A DNA stretch of 64,000 nucleotides from Vulcanimicrobiota bacterium (GCA_963714015.1 OY970223.1:928001-992000), one strand, 5' to 3'; counted from the stretch's first letter, positions 41,074 through 51,815 are shown. The notes: a model not told the origin generated them from the sequence alone. Numbers and translations: made by a program.

Positions 41074-42506
41074 GTGTTACGGACACGCGCGTTTTTTTAT
41101 TCTCTAGCCGCGCTGCTGGCGGCGGGGCTGATCGACGGATCGGCACCGGCGCAGTCGCGCGAGATGCTGACACTCCAGACCGGGCATTCGCTCGTGGTAC
41201 AGGTTCACAACCTGCGCCGCGTGGCGGTCGGCAACGCCGACTGCGTCGGCGTGGTCGCCGTCGGAACCTCGCAGCTCGTCGTCAACGGGAAATCGCCCTG
41301 CCGGACGTCGGTCTTCACCTGGGACGACGACGGCGGACGCAACAGTTACGAAGTGCTGGTGACGAACCAAGACCTGGACAAGGTCTCGCAGATGCTCCGC
41401 GCGGCCGATCTCCGAGCCGGACGTTCAGGTGCTCAGCTTCGGTAGCGGCATCATTCTTCGCGGCACCGTTCCGGACATGGCCGCGTACGTCGATCTTCAG
41501 GACGTGCTTTCGAACTTCGGCGACTATGCCCACCAGAATCAACTATCAAATCGTCAATGCCGTCCGCATCGCGCACTCGCTGCGTTCGATCGGAGCGGAC
41601 TTTGCCGCCACGCCGGGCGTTTCGGGGCTGCAGATAGAGCCGGACGGTAAAGGGAACGTGATCGTCAGCGGGCAGCGTTCCGGACGAACTGACTTCGCAA
41701 AAGGTCATTCAGCGCGCACAAACGTTAGCCGGTCCCTATTTGGCGGCCACGGGAAAAGTCGTCAATCGGTTGGAGATCGCAAACGAGAGTGAAGTCGACG
41801 TAAAGCTCTACGTCCTCGAAGTCGACCGCACGGGCCTGAGCCAGCTCGGCGTACGTCTGCAATCGGGTACGCCGGATCCGAATAATCCCGCGAACATCAT
41901 TTCCGGGTCCGCCATTCTTCCCGCTCCTCGAGGCGCCGGCAGCCGCAGGCCCGGGCAGGGCCTTGAACGTCGGCGCGTTCTACCGAACGACGATTACTCG
42001 AACCGACTATCGACTTGCTCATCCAAAAAGGCCACGCGCGCGTGCTTTCCTCACCCGACTTGGTGGCGCTGCCCGGCACGGATGCATCGTTTTTGGTCGG
42101 CGGATCCATTCCGTACGTCTATTCGAGCGGCATCGGTCAGGTAAGCGTGGTCTTCAAAGACTACGGCGTGCAGATGAACGTTACGCCGCAGATTCTGCCG
42201 AGCGGATCGATCCGCACGAAAGTTGCGCCGGACATTTCCGATTTGGACTACCAGAATGCGGTGCAAATCAATGGGTTCTATATTCCCGCTCTCAAGGAAA
42301 GCAAACTCTCGACGGAACTCGTGACGAGGCCCGGCGAGAGCATCATCATGGGCGGCCTGCTGCGGCGCATCGAGCAGAAGACGATCCAAAAGATTCCGAT
42401 TCTTTCGAACATTCCCGTACTGGGCAAGCTCTTCCAGGACGTGAACTACCAGGACGGACAGACCGACGTCGTCTTCGTGATGACGCCGCAAGTGATCAAT
42501 CAGTAA
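41074..42506 (+). CDS. cpaC: Tad secretin CpaC/RcpA, locus 2 (multiple frameshifts)
   Basis: RRVAVGNAD..LVVNGKSP; VLSSPDLVALPGTDASFLVGG; KIPILSNIPVLGKLF; VFVMTPQVI. Confidence 0.9.
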
Positions 42507-42519
42507 GGCGGTTCCAACA

Positions 42520-42717
42520 ATGAACGCTGCAGTCGGGATGCTGCTCGACGAGAGCGGCAGCGCAATGACGGAGTACGCGATCATCTTGACGCTGCTCAGC
42601 GCGGCCGCCACGGCCGCCTTGGTGGCGATTGCAACCAGCGCCAACGGATCGCTCAGCAACGTCTCCTCGAACATGCAAGGGTACCAGCTCGGCTCCTCGG
42701 GGACGGGGCCGCCGTGA
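42520..42717 (+). CDS. Flp-like minor pilin, locus 2
   Basis: DESG/SAMTEYAIILTLLSAAA. Confidence 0.85.
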   Translation: MNAAVGMLLDESGSAMTEYAIILTLLSAAATAALVAIATSANGSLSNVSSNMQGYQLGSSGTGPP

Positions 42718-43751
42718 AGCCGCGTATTGCATGCAGCCGCGGCGCAGCAATGGTCGAGACCGCGGTTTCGCTCAGCCTGGCGCTGCTGACGCTGTACGGA
42801 GCATTCGATCTCGGGCTGATGGGCTATCTGCAGCTGCAGCTGGACGGCGCGACGTTTTTCTATACGCACGCCTACGCTTCCGGCGCCGCACAGACGCAGC
42901 AGGCCGGACAATATGGCCAGCAGCTGCAATCACTCTTTCCGAACGTTGCGACCGCAAACATGTCGCCGATGCCGGCTCCGCCGCCGACTACCGACATGCC
43001 GGTCAACTACACGCAATGGGGCACCGTAACGGACCGGTTCGGCGGTGCATCGCTGCTGCGGCCCCAGCGTTTGCAGACGCAGGCTACGTACCAAGTGGCG
43101 GGCGGCACGTGGAGCGCCATTTTTCCGCAGGCCGTCCAGCCGATTACACTCAGCTCGGGCAACGTCGACGCGCGCCCGGTAATCGGCAACCACGACGACG
43201 ACGCCCAGGGTGCCGATTTCAACTCGCAAGAGGTCTACAATTCGCTGTACGATCCGCTGATTACGGACGATCAGAACGTGCCGCCGTACTACTTCAACTT
43301 CGGCTTCATGTGGCAGTGCGCCGCAGGTCCTCCGCCGGGAACCGCGGGTTCGCAGTGGGATACCGCCGGCGATACGTGCGATTCAATGCACATCAACTCA
43401 CTGGGTCTGGCGGAGTTTCTCAAAGACGACAATTACTACGCCGGCAATCGTCCGAACAACGGCATAGACTCCGGCGGGACGTTCGAGCTGATTAAGTATC
43501 ATCAGCAAGTGTATGCATCGCTCTCCCTCGCGCTGTTTTTCTTTCCGGATCAGCCGACCGGACAGCAACTTCAAGACTGGAATTCGGTACCGTTTCCGGA
43601 CGCCGCTCCCTGGGGAATGCCGGGCTACGCGGTGGAGCAGTACTTTCCGAACCAGTGGGATGTGCGAGACATCAACGGTCTCGCCGAAAGCAATAGCGAA
43701 CTCGGGCGCCAGTATCCGTTGACCCCGCAGAACGGGTGCAGCTGGTGCTGA
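42714..43751 (+). CDS. Large TadE-like pseudopilin, locus 2
   Basis: SRG/AAMVETAV; shares LDGATFF, LRPQRL, GNHDDDAQG, DQNVPPYY, EFLKDDNY with 29608-30579. Confidence 0.78.
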   Translation: MKPRIACSRGAAMVETAVSLSLALLTLYGAFDLGLMGYLQLQLDGATFFYTHAYASGAAQTQQAGQYGQQLQSLFPNVATANMSPMPAPPPTTDMPVNYTQWGTVTDRFGGASLLRPQRLQTQATYQVAGGTWSAIFPQAVQPITLSSGNVDARPVIGNHDDDAQGADFNSQEVYNSLYDPLITDDQNVPPYYFNFGFMWQCAAGPPPGTAGSQWDTAGDTCDSMHINSLGLAEFLKDDNYYAGNRPNNGIDSGGTFELIKYHQQVYASLSLALFFFPDQPTGQQLQDWNSVPFPDAAPWGMPGYAVEQYFPNQWDVRDINGLAESNSELGRQYPLTPQNGCSWC

Positions 43752-44809
43752 GCAACGCGCAGCGCGGGCAGACGTTTCCCGTTTGGGCGATGGGCTCGCT
43801 TTCGCTGCTGGTATTGGTGGCATGCGTCGTCAACTACGGAAACATGCTGGTGTGGCAGTTTCGCGCGCAGAATGCGGCCGACGCCGCAGCTCGCGGCATG
43901 CTTTCGGCTCAGACATCGCAGTGGAACCAGACGATGTCGCTGCTGCACGCTGCAGCGGTCGAGGAATATCGCATCCGCTATATTCTGCGCGACCTGGACG
44001 AGGTCGCTAACAACGAGGGCGGCTGCGTTCCGCATCCTCCCACCTCCAACGATCCGAAAGAGCTGCCCGGGGATGTATCATCGGCTGCGCGCCCAGTTCA
44101 TGGACGCGGTAAAGCATTATACGACGGATGCGCAACTCTTGAATGACGTTGCGACCCCCGGCCAGGCGACGCAGGTTAGCGACATGCAAGCGGCTCTGGC
44201 GCAATTGCAGCAACCCGGCGTCTGCGGAACGATCAACGGTGCGGATTGCGCCTTCAAGTACACCATGGTGGGAACGCAGGATCGAACGTCGCTCGAAGAC
44301 GTCTACGCCGATTGCTGCTCGATGGTCGTCGGCGGCGGAACGGTGGGCGATCCCAAACCCGACCTCACGCCGCTTCAAGCCGAGGTCGTCGCGTGCGCCA
44401 AGGTCCCCAGCTCTGTTTCCGAACTTCTTTCAACTTCCACGCGCCGACGTTTTATGCCGTCGGCCGCGCCGCGGCGACCAGCATCATGGCCGATCAGGAA
44501 TTCATGTACTTGGGATCCATGGTGAACCCGACGACGAATCAAGTTTTTCAGCCGGCGGAATATCCCGAGTCGGACGACGGCCAGCCCAAAGATGCATCGA
44601 GCAACGATCGATATTACCGCATCGACTTTGGCGGCAACCCGAACAACCCATGGAACGCCGGCAATCCGGCTGTTTCCAACGGCATCGCGACCTTCGTGTA
44701 CGACCCGGCTAACGCGGGCCTGCTGGCGGCGACCGGCTGGTGGAGCGCGATGCCGATCGCGACCTTCATGAACCAGCTGCAGATTGGAGTGCAATTCCAG
44801 TGCAACTGA
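43745..44809 (+). CDS. tadG: TadG-like pseudopilin, locus 2 (frameshifts)
   Basis: QRG/QTFP, AQNAADAAAR, EDVYADCC, GRAAATSIM. Confidence 0.78.
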
Positions 44810-45486
44810 CGACGCGACACGGACAACGCGGGCAGGCGCTCACGGAAACGGCGGCGTTTCTGCCGCTGTTCTTGCTGCTGCTCTTCGGAATGATGTGGGT
44901 CATCCAGGTGAGCGTGCTGAACGAGCGCGCACAGGTTGCGGTCCGCTACAGCGGTCTGATCTCTAATGAAGCGAGTCCGTACGACGGCTACAGCTTGTAC
45001 GCTATCTACAATAACGTCGGCGGATACAGCCAGAGCGCGACGGTCGTCTGCGCCACGCCGCCGCCCGACGCGTTTACCAACGATCCCTCGCACGGCGCAT
45101 TTCCCGGGCCTACGTCGCAGCCGTTTTGGCAGCCGGATGCCAACCGAACGACCGGATCGTGTTCCGAGGGGCGTCTGCAGTTACAGGGCAACGCGCTGAA
45201 CGTTCCGATGTTGCTCCTCAATACGTTTTCCACCGTCACCACACACAAGAAAGTTACCTTAAGTCTGCCGGGCGCGATCCAAGGACTGCAAAACAACACT
45301 CTCAGCGCCACGCAAAACTTCTTCAATACGCCGGACATAGCGTCGCTGATTCAGTGCTATCCGCAACTGCAAAGCGCGGTTTCAAATTCGCTGGTCGCCG
45401 AGACGAGTGCTTCGGGAATTACGCTCCCTACGCTGCCGCTCGGAGCGACGACGCAAGTTACGAACCTCGGGCTGACTGCCTGCTGA
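44800..45486 (+). CDS. tadE: TadE-like pseudopilin, locus 2
   Basis: QRG/QALTETAAFLPLFLLLLFG; VRYSGLISNEASPY. Confidence 0.82.
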   Translation: MQLTTRHGQRGQALTETAAFLPLFLLLLFGMMWVIQVSVLNERAQVAVRYSGLISNEASPYDGYSLYAIYNNVGGYSQSATVVCATPPPDAFTNDPSHGAFPGPTSQPFWQPDANRTTGSCSEGRLQLQGNALNVPMLLLNTFSTVTTHKKVTLSLPGAIQGLQNNTLSATQNFFNTPDIASLIQCYPQLQSAVSNSLVAETSASGITLPTLPLGATTQVTNLGLTAC

Positions 45487-46882
45487 TCGAGGCCGGTTCG
45501 GGCCGCCGGATTGCGGCGGTCAGTACGGTAATGAGACCGGTCCACGTCAGCGCTCGAACCAGCCAAACGCAAGCGGCGCCCGTCGAGGATCTCTCGCGAA
45601 TCGCCTTTGCCCACGTTGCCTCGGAATATGCCGGATCGATCGCTGTACTCACTCGATGAGGAAGGTGCGCGTAAGCCCGAACCGCTTCGCCGTAAACATG
45701 ACTCACTTCGAACAAGGCTGCAAATGCGAGTACCGTTCCGCCTACGGCTAGCGCGCTGTTCTGCGTGAAGTAATAAATCACGTATCCCGCGCTCAGCGCG
45801 CAAAGCGCGAACCACGGAACCAAGCCGGTTGTGGGCTCGAGCGCCGCCCCCCAGTAGGTTAACAGCAACGCGAAAGCGATGGTGAGCGGCGTTTTCTGGC
45901 TCTGCGCGTGCGTCACTACCAGCAGCGCCAAGGGGATCGCCGCGACAATGTCCGTGCCGTGGACGAAGGTCCCGCCCAGCACCGCACCGGCGGCTGGGAG
46001 CGCAGCGAGCAGCGCGTCGTTGCCCAAACGAAGTGCCCCCGCCCGCGCTGCAGCAATGGCGATAGCCGAAACCACGAAATAGGAGATCGAGCCACCGATC
46101 AGTGCAATCTTGTCGGAGGTGCCGAGCCCGTGCAACAGCGCCGTGAAACTGAGCTGGCCATCCGCGGGAAGCTCGCTCAGAGCGTGAAGCGGAAGCACGT
46201 GGGAAAAATACTCGACGTTTTCCGCCGTGCCGCCGAACGCAAGTGAAAGCGCCGCGAGTGCGGCAGCGGTTAGACCCAGAACGAGACGCGTTCGCGGCGC
46301 CCATAAAAAGAGCGAGACGCAGATCGGCAGACCAAGATGCGGCTCTACAAGCGAGACCGCGGCGGCAATCGCCGCAAGCTCGTATCGTCGTTCGGCAACG
46401 AACAAAATTGCGCCGGACGCGGCAACGGCGTAGAGCGGTATGATTTGACCCAGCGCAAGCGACGGCCCGATGAAGGTCGGCAGCATCGCGCACAGCACGA
46501 CCGCCGGCGGAAGAGCAGTCAAACGTATGAGCGCGGCGCACGTTCCCGCGACGGCCAACGCCAATAAAGCGCCCCAGCATTGTTTAGCGAGATGAAACGG
46601 CGCCGCGGAGAACGCCGCGAAGAGCGCAAAATCGTACGGCGGCTGCGGCGCGGGCAGGGTAATCGAACGGTCGTAGAAGGCGAAGTTACGATCCGTTTGA
46701 CCCACTTCGCAATCGTGCAGGGGCTGTGCCCGGTACGGGTCGCTATGAATGCGCGTCAACATTCCCGCGCAGTAAAAGGCGCGAAAATCGACGGTGGCGA
46801 TTCGGCCGCTGCCGAAGATTGCAAAGCCGCCGGCGGTGCAACAGAGGGCAACAATCGTTGCAAGAGCTAGCCGCTTTTTCAT
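45458..46882 (-). CDS. GT87/DUF2029-like polytopic glycosyltransferase
   Basis: TM then VDFRAFYCAG, DPY, PAPQPPY, LGQ, EPHLG, VLPLHALSE; paralog of 16209-17637. Confidence 0.68.
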   Translation of the reverse strand: MKKRLALATIVALCCTAGGFAIFGSGRIATVDFRAFYCAGMLTRIHSDPYRAQPLHDCEVGQTDRNFAFYDRSITLPAPQPPYDFALFAAFSAAPFHLAKQCWGALLALAVAGTCAALIRLTALPPAVVLCAMLPTFIGPSLALGQIIPLYAVAASGAILFVAERRYELAAIAAAVSLVEPHLGLPICVSLFLWAPRTRLVLGLTAAALAALSLAFGGTAENVEYFSHVLPLHALSELPADGQLSFTALLHGLGTSDKIALIGGSISYFVVSAIAIAAARAGALRLGNDALLAALPAAGAVLGGTFVHGTDIVAAIPLALLVVTHAQSQKTPLTIAFALLLTYWGAALEPTTGLVPWFALCALSAGYVIYYFTQNSALAVGGTVLAFAALFEVSHVYGEAVRAYAHLPHRVSTAIDPAYSEATWAKAIRERSSTGAACVWLVRALTWTGLITVLTAAIRRPEPASISRQSARGS

Positions 46883-48172
46883 TCAGCGCGGATGAATCAC
46901 GAGGGGGACGACCATGAGCTGTCCCGCCTTGCCGCTTGTCGCGTTGACCGCGATCAAGAACGTCGTCGCGCGCTTGACGCCGGGTGCGATGAATCGCGCG
47001 GCTTTGCCTGGTCCGAGCTGCTGCGACTGCAGCGGCGTTCCGGCTGCGTTCTGCAGCGTTGCTCGGCCTGAAACATCCTTTGCGCCGCGCAGGGTCACGG
47101 CAAAATAGGTTCCGGAGACGACATAGCTCGGCGTAGTCACGATGCTCCCGAGCGCAGGCGGCGGAGCGGACGTCGGTGCTGCGGACGGCGAGGGCGTCGG
47201 TGATGGAAGGACGACGAGGCCGGTCGTCGCCTGAGCGGTAGACGCACCGTTGCGAATTTGCATTTGAATGGTAAAGTGCTGCGGAGCGTCGACGTGCGGC
47301 GCGACCATCGTTACCGAGCCGCGCGGATCGTACGGAGCTGCATTCCACGGCGTCCCGCTGTTGTCGAGCAGGCGTATCGTTCCGCTTTGCCCGTTGGCGC
47401 TGTATCGAACCTTCATCGGTGTTCCCGAAGTCGCAACCGCGGGCTGCACGTCGAGTTCGTGAATTGCTGCGGACAGCGGCCGCGGCGGCGGAGTTTGCGC
47501 CACTACGATGCGTTTCGCGATTGCGGCGCCCGCGACGCCTGCAACGGAAACCTCGATGGTATACGTTCCGCCTGCGGGACTGGTGGCGAAGCGTATCGTT
47601 CCGGCGGGCCGCGTCAGCGTTCCGGAGGACACGATCGCCGATCCGGAACGTACCGAATACTGTACCGTTCGAGATCCGGCCGTTGCGTACTCCGCCTCCA
47701 CCAAATCGCCGGCGATCACTCGGGACGGTGCGGTAAGCGCTTCAATTTTTGGAAAGAGCACGCCGCTGAAAATCAGCGCGGCGAGCGCGAGAACGACGCA
47801 AACCGCGAACAACGGCAAAAGCCGAAGCGCAATCGGCGTTTGAACGGACGTCTCGCTCAAGTATTCGCGCGCCGCGTCCCTCATACGAACGACGACCGAT
47901 TGAATGCCCGGTATGCGCATGCCGACGCGGACGTGGAGGGTGCCGGTGGTATGCGGGTCGATCCAGACGTATCCCGGCTCGAGTTGAATCTCGCGCCCCG
48001 CGCTCCGGCCGCGAATATCGCAGATCAGCGGTGACGGGCTGCCGTTCACCACGTCGACGTCGACGTCGCTGCTGAAGAACCGCGCGCGTTGAGCTCGCGC
48101 GGTAACGGTGACTGCGACGGTATCGGGCAGTTTTGGACCGGATACGGCGGGGAGCCGGGAGCCTTCCTTCAC
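46883..48172 (-). CDS. Single-TM hypothetical protein with Ig-like repeats and Pro/Ser linker
   Basis: TM then PKIEALTAPSRVIAG..Y; MKVRYSANGQSGTIRLLDNSGTPW aligns with 32274-33620. Confidence 0.68.
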   Translation of the reverse strand: MKEGSRLPAVSGPKLPDTVAVTVTARAQRARFFSSDVDVDVVNGSPSPLICDIRGRSAGREIQLEPGYVWIDPHTTGTLHVRVGMRIPGIQSVVVRMRDAAREYLSETSVQTPIALRLLPLFAVCVVLALAALIFSGVLFPKIEALTAPSRVIAGDLVEAEYATAGSRTVQYSVRSGSAIVSSGTLTRPAGTIRFATSPAGGTYTIEVSVAGVAGAAIAKRIVVAQTPPPRPLSAAIHELDVQPAVATSGTPMKVRYSANGQSGTIRLLDNSGTPWNAAPYDPRGSVTMVAPHVDAPQHFTIQMQIRNGASTAQATTGLVVLPSPTPSPSAAPTSAPPPALGSIVTTPSYVVSGTYFAVTLRGAKDVSGRATLQNAAGTPLQSQQLGPGKAARFIAPGVKRATTFLIAVNATSGKAGQLMVVPLVIHPR

Positions 48173-48193
48173 GCTAGTGTCGACTCACGACAC

Positions 48194-49408
48194 TTAGCTG
48201 CGGAGCAGACGGAGAATCTGCGAGAATCGCGGCGGACGGCCGTAGAGCAGCATACCGAGCCGATAGATCTTGCCGCCGATCACCGCAATTGCCCAAATCG
48301 CCGCGGCATTGATCGCAAACGAAAGTGCCACTTGCCAAAGCGGTACGCTGCTCACCACGATTCGCGCGAACATGACGAAAGGAGCGATGAGCGGGATGAA
48401 GCTCGTAACGATCACGCCGGGGCTGTCCGGGACCTCCAATGCCGAAATTGCGATGAAAAGTGCGGCTACGACCGGAATGAACAACGGCCCGCTGACGCTA
48501 CCCAAATCCTCGGTGCGGTTGATGAGCGATCCCATCGCAGCAAACAGCGTGGCCATCTGCAAGAAGCCGAGCATGAAGAACAACACGAAGCCCGCAATGT
48601 CCGACGGCGAGATTCCGTTGAGCGAGAACGTCACGTCACCGCCCGAGTGCGATGAAACGGGGGTGGCCTGGAGCCCAATCGCATAGGCGGCCGCGACCCA
48701 AACGAACATTTGCAGCACGGCCAAACTAGCCGAGGCCGCAATCTTCCCCGTAAGCAGAGAGCTCGGGCGAACGGACGCTACGAGAAGCTCCGCGATGCGG
48801 CTCGTTTTCTCTTCTGCGACGGAGCTCATAATCAACTGGCTGTTGATCATAATCAGCAGGTACAGCATGATGAGCAAGACGTACGCGATGATCTTCGCCG
48901 CGTTTGCTTGCTCCGCGGTGCCGAACTTTTCCGAGACGGACCGGACGTCGACCGGAATGCGCATCAAGCTTTGCACCCGGGAACCCGACAGATGCGTCTC
49001 CATCTGCAAATTCAAGGGCAAAAGGTCGCGCTGAACCGTCGACGGTTGAGCGTCGCTCGGATCGATCGCATAGACTGTAACTCGCAACCCGTCGCGATCT
49101 CGGTCGAGCTCGATCATCGAAGAAGCGTGTCGCGCGCGCAGCTCGTCGGCGGTTGGGGGACGCGCGACCGGCCCAATCTGACCCGCGCTCGGAAAGTCTT
49201 TTTTCAGCAACGGCTTCGCTCGTGCGACCAACGCGGGCTGCCCCGCCAGCAAGACACGATTGATCTTCGATGCGTAGGAATCCAAATACGAAGGCAGCTT
49301 CATCATCACGGCAATGCCGACGAGTCCGAAGATCAATCCAACCCAAAACGTGCGCGACTGCAGCCGCCGCATCATCTCGGCGCTATAGACGGTAACTAAC
49401 TCGTCCAT
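48194..49408 (-). CDS. ABC-2 type transporter permease (NatB/YhaP-like)
   Basis: SVAEEKTSRIAELLVASV..LLTGKI, SFIP..PFVMFAR, KIYRLGMLLYG. Confidence 0.9.
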   Translation of the reverse strand: MDELVTVYSAEMMRRLQSRTFWVGLIFGLVGIAVMMKLPSYLDSYASKINRVLLAGQPALVARAKPLLKKDFPSAGQIGPVARPPTADELRARHASSMIELDRDRDGLRVTVYAIDPSDAQPSTVQRDLLPLNLQMETHLSGSRVQSLMRIPVDVRSVSEKFGTAEQANAAKIIAYVLLIMLYLLIMINSQLIMSSVAEEKTSRIAELLVASVRPSSLLTGKIAASASLAVLQMFVWVAAAYAIGLQATPVSSHSGGDVTFSLNGISPSDIAGFVLFFMLGFLQMATLFAAMGSLINRTEDLGSVSGPLFIPVVAALFIAISALEVPDSPGVIVTSFIPLIAPFVMFARIVVSSVPLWQVALSFAINAAAIWAIAVIGGKIYRLGMLLYGRPPRFSQILRLLRS

Positions 49409-49433
49409 GTTGACCGCGCGACGGTGAGCAGCA

Positions 49434-50393
49434 TCATCGCGCCCGTAGGGGTGATTGTGTAATGGAACCGCCCTCCGGGGGCGCGGGGGCATTTCGTTCG
49501 GCGGACGAAATCGTATGCATGTAAATCTCTTGGAGCGAGGGCTCCATCGCATCGAAGCGCGTGATCGCTTCGCTTTGAACGAGCTCGCGAAGCAGCTCGG
49601 GGAGATCGGTCGAGGCGGGTACCTCGCAATACATGGCGCCGTTTTCACTGGAGATTTGGCGCGAATTCGGGATGCGCTCGAGGACGCCGCGCACCGTAGG
49701 CGTGGGCGGTTCGACTTTGATGAGGCGCGTCGGCCACGTCGCGCGCAGTTCGGCAAGCGTTCCGCCGGCGCGGTTTTCCCCGGCGGTAATGATGCAGAAG
49801 TGATCGCAAATTTGCTCGAGCTGCCACATCTGATGGCTCGAGAGCACCAAACTCGTGCCGCGACGCCTCAGGTCGTTCAGCGTATTCAGCAAGACGTCGG
49901 CGTTGACCGGATCTAAACCGGTGAAGGGCTCGTCGAGAACGAGTAATTCCGGCTCGTGTACTGCGGCGCTCGCGACCTGAACCTTTTGCTGATTACCCTT
50001 GGAGAGCTCGGCACACGGACGGCCGGCATACTGCTGCAGCGAAAGTCGTTCGATCCAGCGATCGGTCCGCGATCGCGCCTCGGCGTCGCTCAGGCCGTGC
50101 AGCCGCCCGAAATAGACGATCTGATCGCGCACTTTCATGCGGCCGTACAGTCCGCGTTCTTCCGGAAGGTAGCCGAAGCGGCGGCGGACGCGATCGTTGA
50201 TTGCGCTGCCGTTCCACGTCACCTTGCCGCCGTCGGGCGTAAAAATCCCGACGATCATGCGCATGGTAGTCGTTTTTCCGGCGCCGTTGGGCCCGAGCAG
50301 ACCGAACGTCGAACCGGAAGCGATGGTGAACGATACGTCGCGGACGGCGACGACGGAGCCGAATTCTTTGCGAAGGTTGCCGGCCTCAAGCAC
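49434..50393 (-). CDS. ABC transporter ATP-binding protein (YhaQ-like; 3' end possibly frameshifted)
   Basis: GPNGAGKTT, GYLPEERGLY, LSKGNQQK, LDEPFTGLDP, EPSLQEIY. Confidence 0.93.
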   Translation of the reverse strand: MLEAGNLRKEFGSVVAVRDVSFTIASGSTFGLLGPNGAGKTTTMRMIVGIFTPDGGKVTWNGSAINDRVRRRFGYLPEERGLYGRMKVRDQIVYFGRLHGLSDAEARSRTDRWIERLSLQQYAGRPCAELSKGNQQKVQVASAAVHEPELLVLDEPFTGLDPVNADVLLNTLNDLRRRGTSLVLSSHQMWQLEQICDHFCIITAGENRAGGTLAELRATWPTRLIKVEPPTPTVRGVLERIPNSRQISSENGAMYCEVPASTDLPELLRELVQSEAITRFDAMEPSLQEIYMHTISSAERNAPAPPEGGSITQSPLRAR

Positions 50394-50414
50394 GGCGCAG
50401 GGCCCTAACCCGGA

Positions 50415-51815
50415 TCAGGCCCACAGACTCGCCATCCATGCCTGCACTTCTTCCGGCTCCGACGGAAGGATCGACGAAAGGTTTTCGCAGCCTTCGGCCG
50501 TCACGGTCACGTCGTCTTCGATACGAACGCCGATGCCGCGGAAATTCTCCGGCACGGTCGCGTCGTCGGGCTGGAAGTACAGACCCGGTTCGACCGTCAA
50601 AACCATCCCCTGCCGGAGTTTTCCATAGCGGTAGTTTTCGGATCGCGCCTTCGCGCAGTCGTGCACGTCGATGCCGAGCATATGACTGACGTTGTGCAGC
50701 GTGTAGCGCTTGTAGAACTGATTCTGCGGGTCGAGCGCCTCGTCGACCGAGCACTTTAGAATCTTCAAGTCGACAAGCCCTTGCGCCAACACGCGCATTG
50801 CCGCCGTGTTGGGCGCGAGGAAGTCGTTCCCGGGCCGAACCTCGTCGAATCCGGCGCGCTGCGCTTCGTATACGAGGCGGTAGACTTCACGCTGCTCCGG
50901 CGTGAACGTGCCCGAAAGCGGCAGCGTTCGCGTGATGTCCGCAGTATACAGCGAGTCGGCTTCGACACCGGCGTCCAGCAACAGCAGATCGCCTTTGCGC
51001 AAGGTACCGTAATTCTGATTCCAATGCAGCGTGCAGGCGTGTTCTCCAGCGGCGGCGATGGTGAGATACCCTACGTCGTTCGCCTCGATGCGCGCGCGGC
51101 TCCAGAAGGCGGCTTCCACCTCACGCTCCGATTTGGCGGACTTGAGAACGCGGATGACGTCTTCGAATCCACGCTTGGTGATCTCGACGCATTTGCGCAA
51201 CTCGCCGATCTCGTAGTCGTCTTTGATTAGACGCATCTCCGAGAGGAATTGTCCGAGCTGCGGATCTTCTTCGGAGTTGCGAAGGTCGGCGCCGCGCAGA
51301 CGCAGCTCGTCGACATATTGCGCCATAGCGTCGATCGGGCGGCAGCGATCGACGCCGAAGTAAAGTTGACTCTCGTCCACGCCGCGATGGCGTCCCACCC
51401 ACAACTCGCCGCGCACGCGATCGGTGAAGAACTCCGCTTGGCCGCGGTTGTGCGGCGGAACGAACAAAACCGCGTCGTGACCGCCGCCGGCGCGCGGTTC
51501 CATCAAGAGCAATCCGCTTGGTTCGCCGGGCCCGGCCAAGTACGCGAAATCCGTCGAAGGACGAAAACGAAAATTCGTGTCGTTGGCGCGCACTTTCTCC
51601 GTTCCCGCGGGTATCAGCAGATGCACGCCGGGATAAGCGCTCGATAAGGCGGCTCGCCTCGCGCGGAAACGTTCCTGGTGCGCAAGCGCGCCGACTTTGA
51701 TCGGCGACTCCACCCAACCGCTGGACATAAAGTCGATCAGCGCTTGAGGAGCGTCTGCGTCGTGGCTGGCTTTGGCCGGTGTGCTTTCGGAGAGTTGAGG
51801 CTCGCGCGTATCCAT
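50415..51815 (-). CDS. pepP: Xaa-Pro aminopeptidase (M24B)
   Basis: FRPSTDFAYL, MRLIKD, CTLHW, LLDAG, YTADITRT, HMLGIDVHD, TVEPGLYF, GVRIEDD. Confidence 0.93.
   Translation of the reverse strand: MDTREPQLSESTPAKASHDADAPQALIDFMSSGWVESPIKVGALAHQERFRARRAALSSAYPGVHLLIPAGTEKVRANDTNFRFRPSTDFAYLAGPGEPSGLLLMEPRAGGGHDAVLFVPPHNRGQAEFFTDRVRGELWVGRHRGVDESQLYFGVDRCRPIDAMAQYVDELRLRGADLRNSEEDPQLGQFLSEMRLIKDDYEIGELRKCVEITKRGFEDVIRVLKSAKSEREVEAAFWSRARIEANDVGYLTIAAAGEHACTLHWNQNYGTLRKGDLLLLDAGVEADSLYTADITRTLPLSGTFTPEQREVYRLVYEAQRAGFDEVRPGNDFLAPNTAAMRVLAQGLVDLKILKCSVDEALDPQNQFYKRYTLHNVSHMLGIDVHDCAKARSENYRYGKLRQGMVLTVEPGLYFQPDDATVPENFRGIGVRIEDDVTVTAEGCENLSSILPSEPEEVQAWMASLWA

Noticed and set aside
43749..45486. 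Selenocysteine readthrough at the Cys-proximal TGA stops of pseudopilins
   Set aside because: These are exported proteins, the stops overlap neighbouring genes, and no SECIS-like hairpin was noticed
14621..48172. Integrative or mobile island carrying the Tad loci
   Set aside because: No integrase, transposase, tRNA or flanking direct repeats were seen, and composition looks like the flanks
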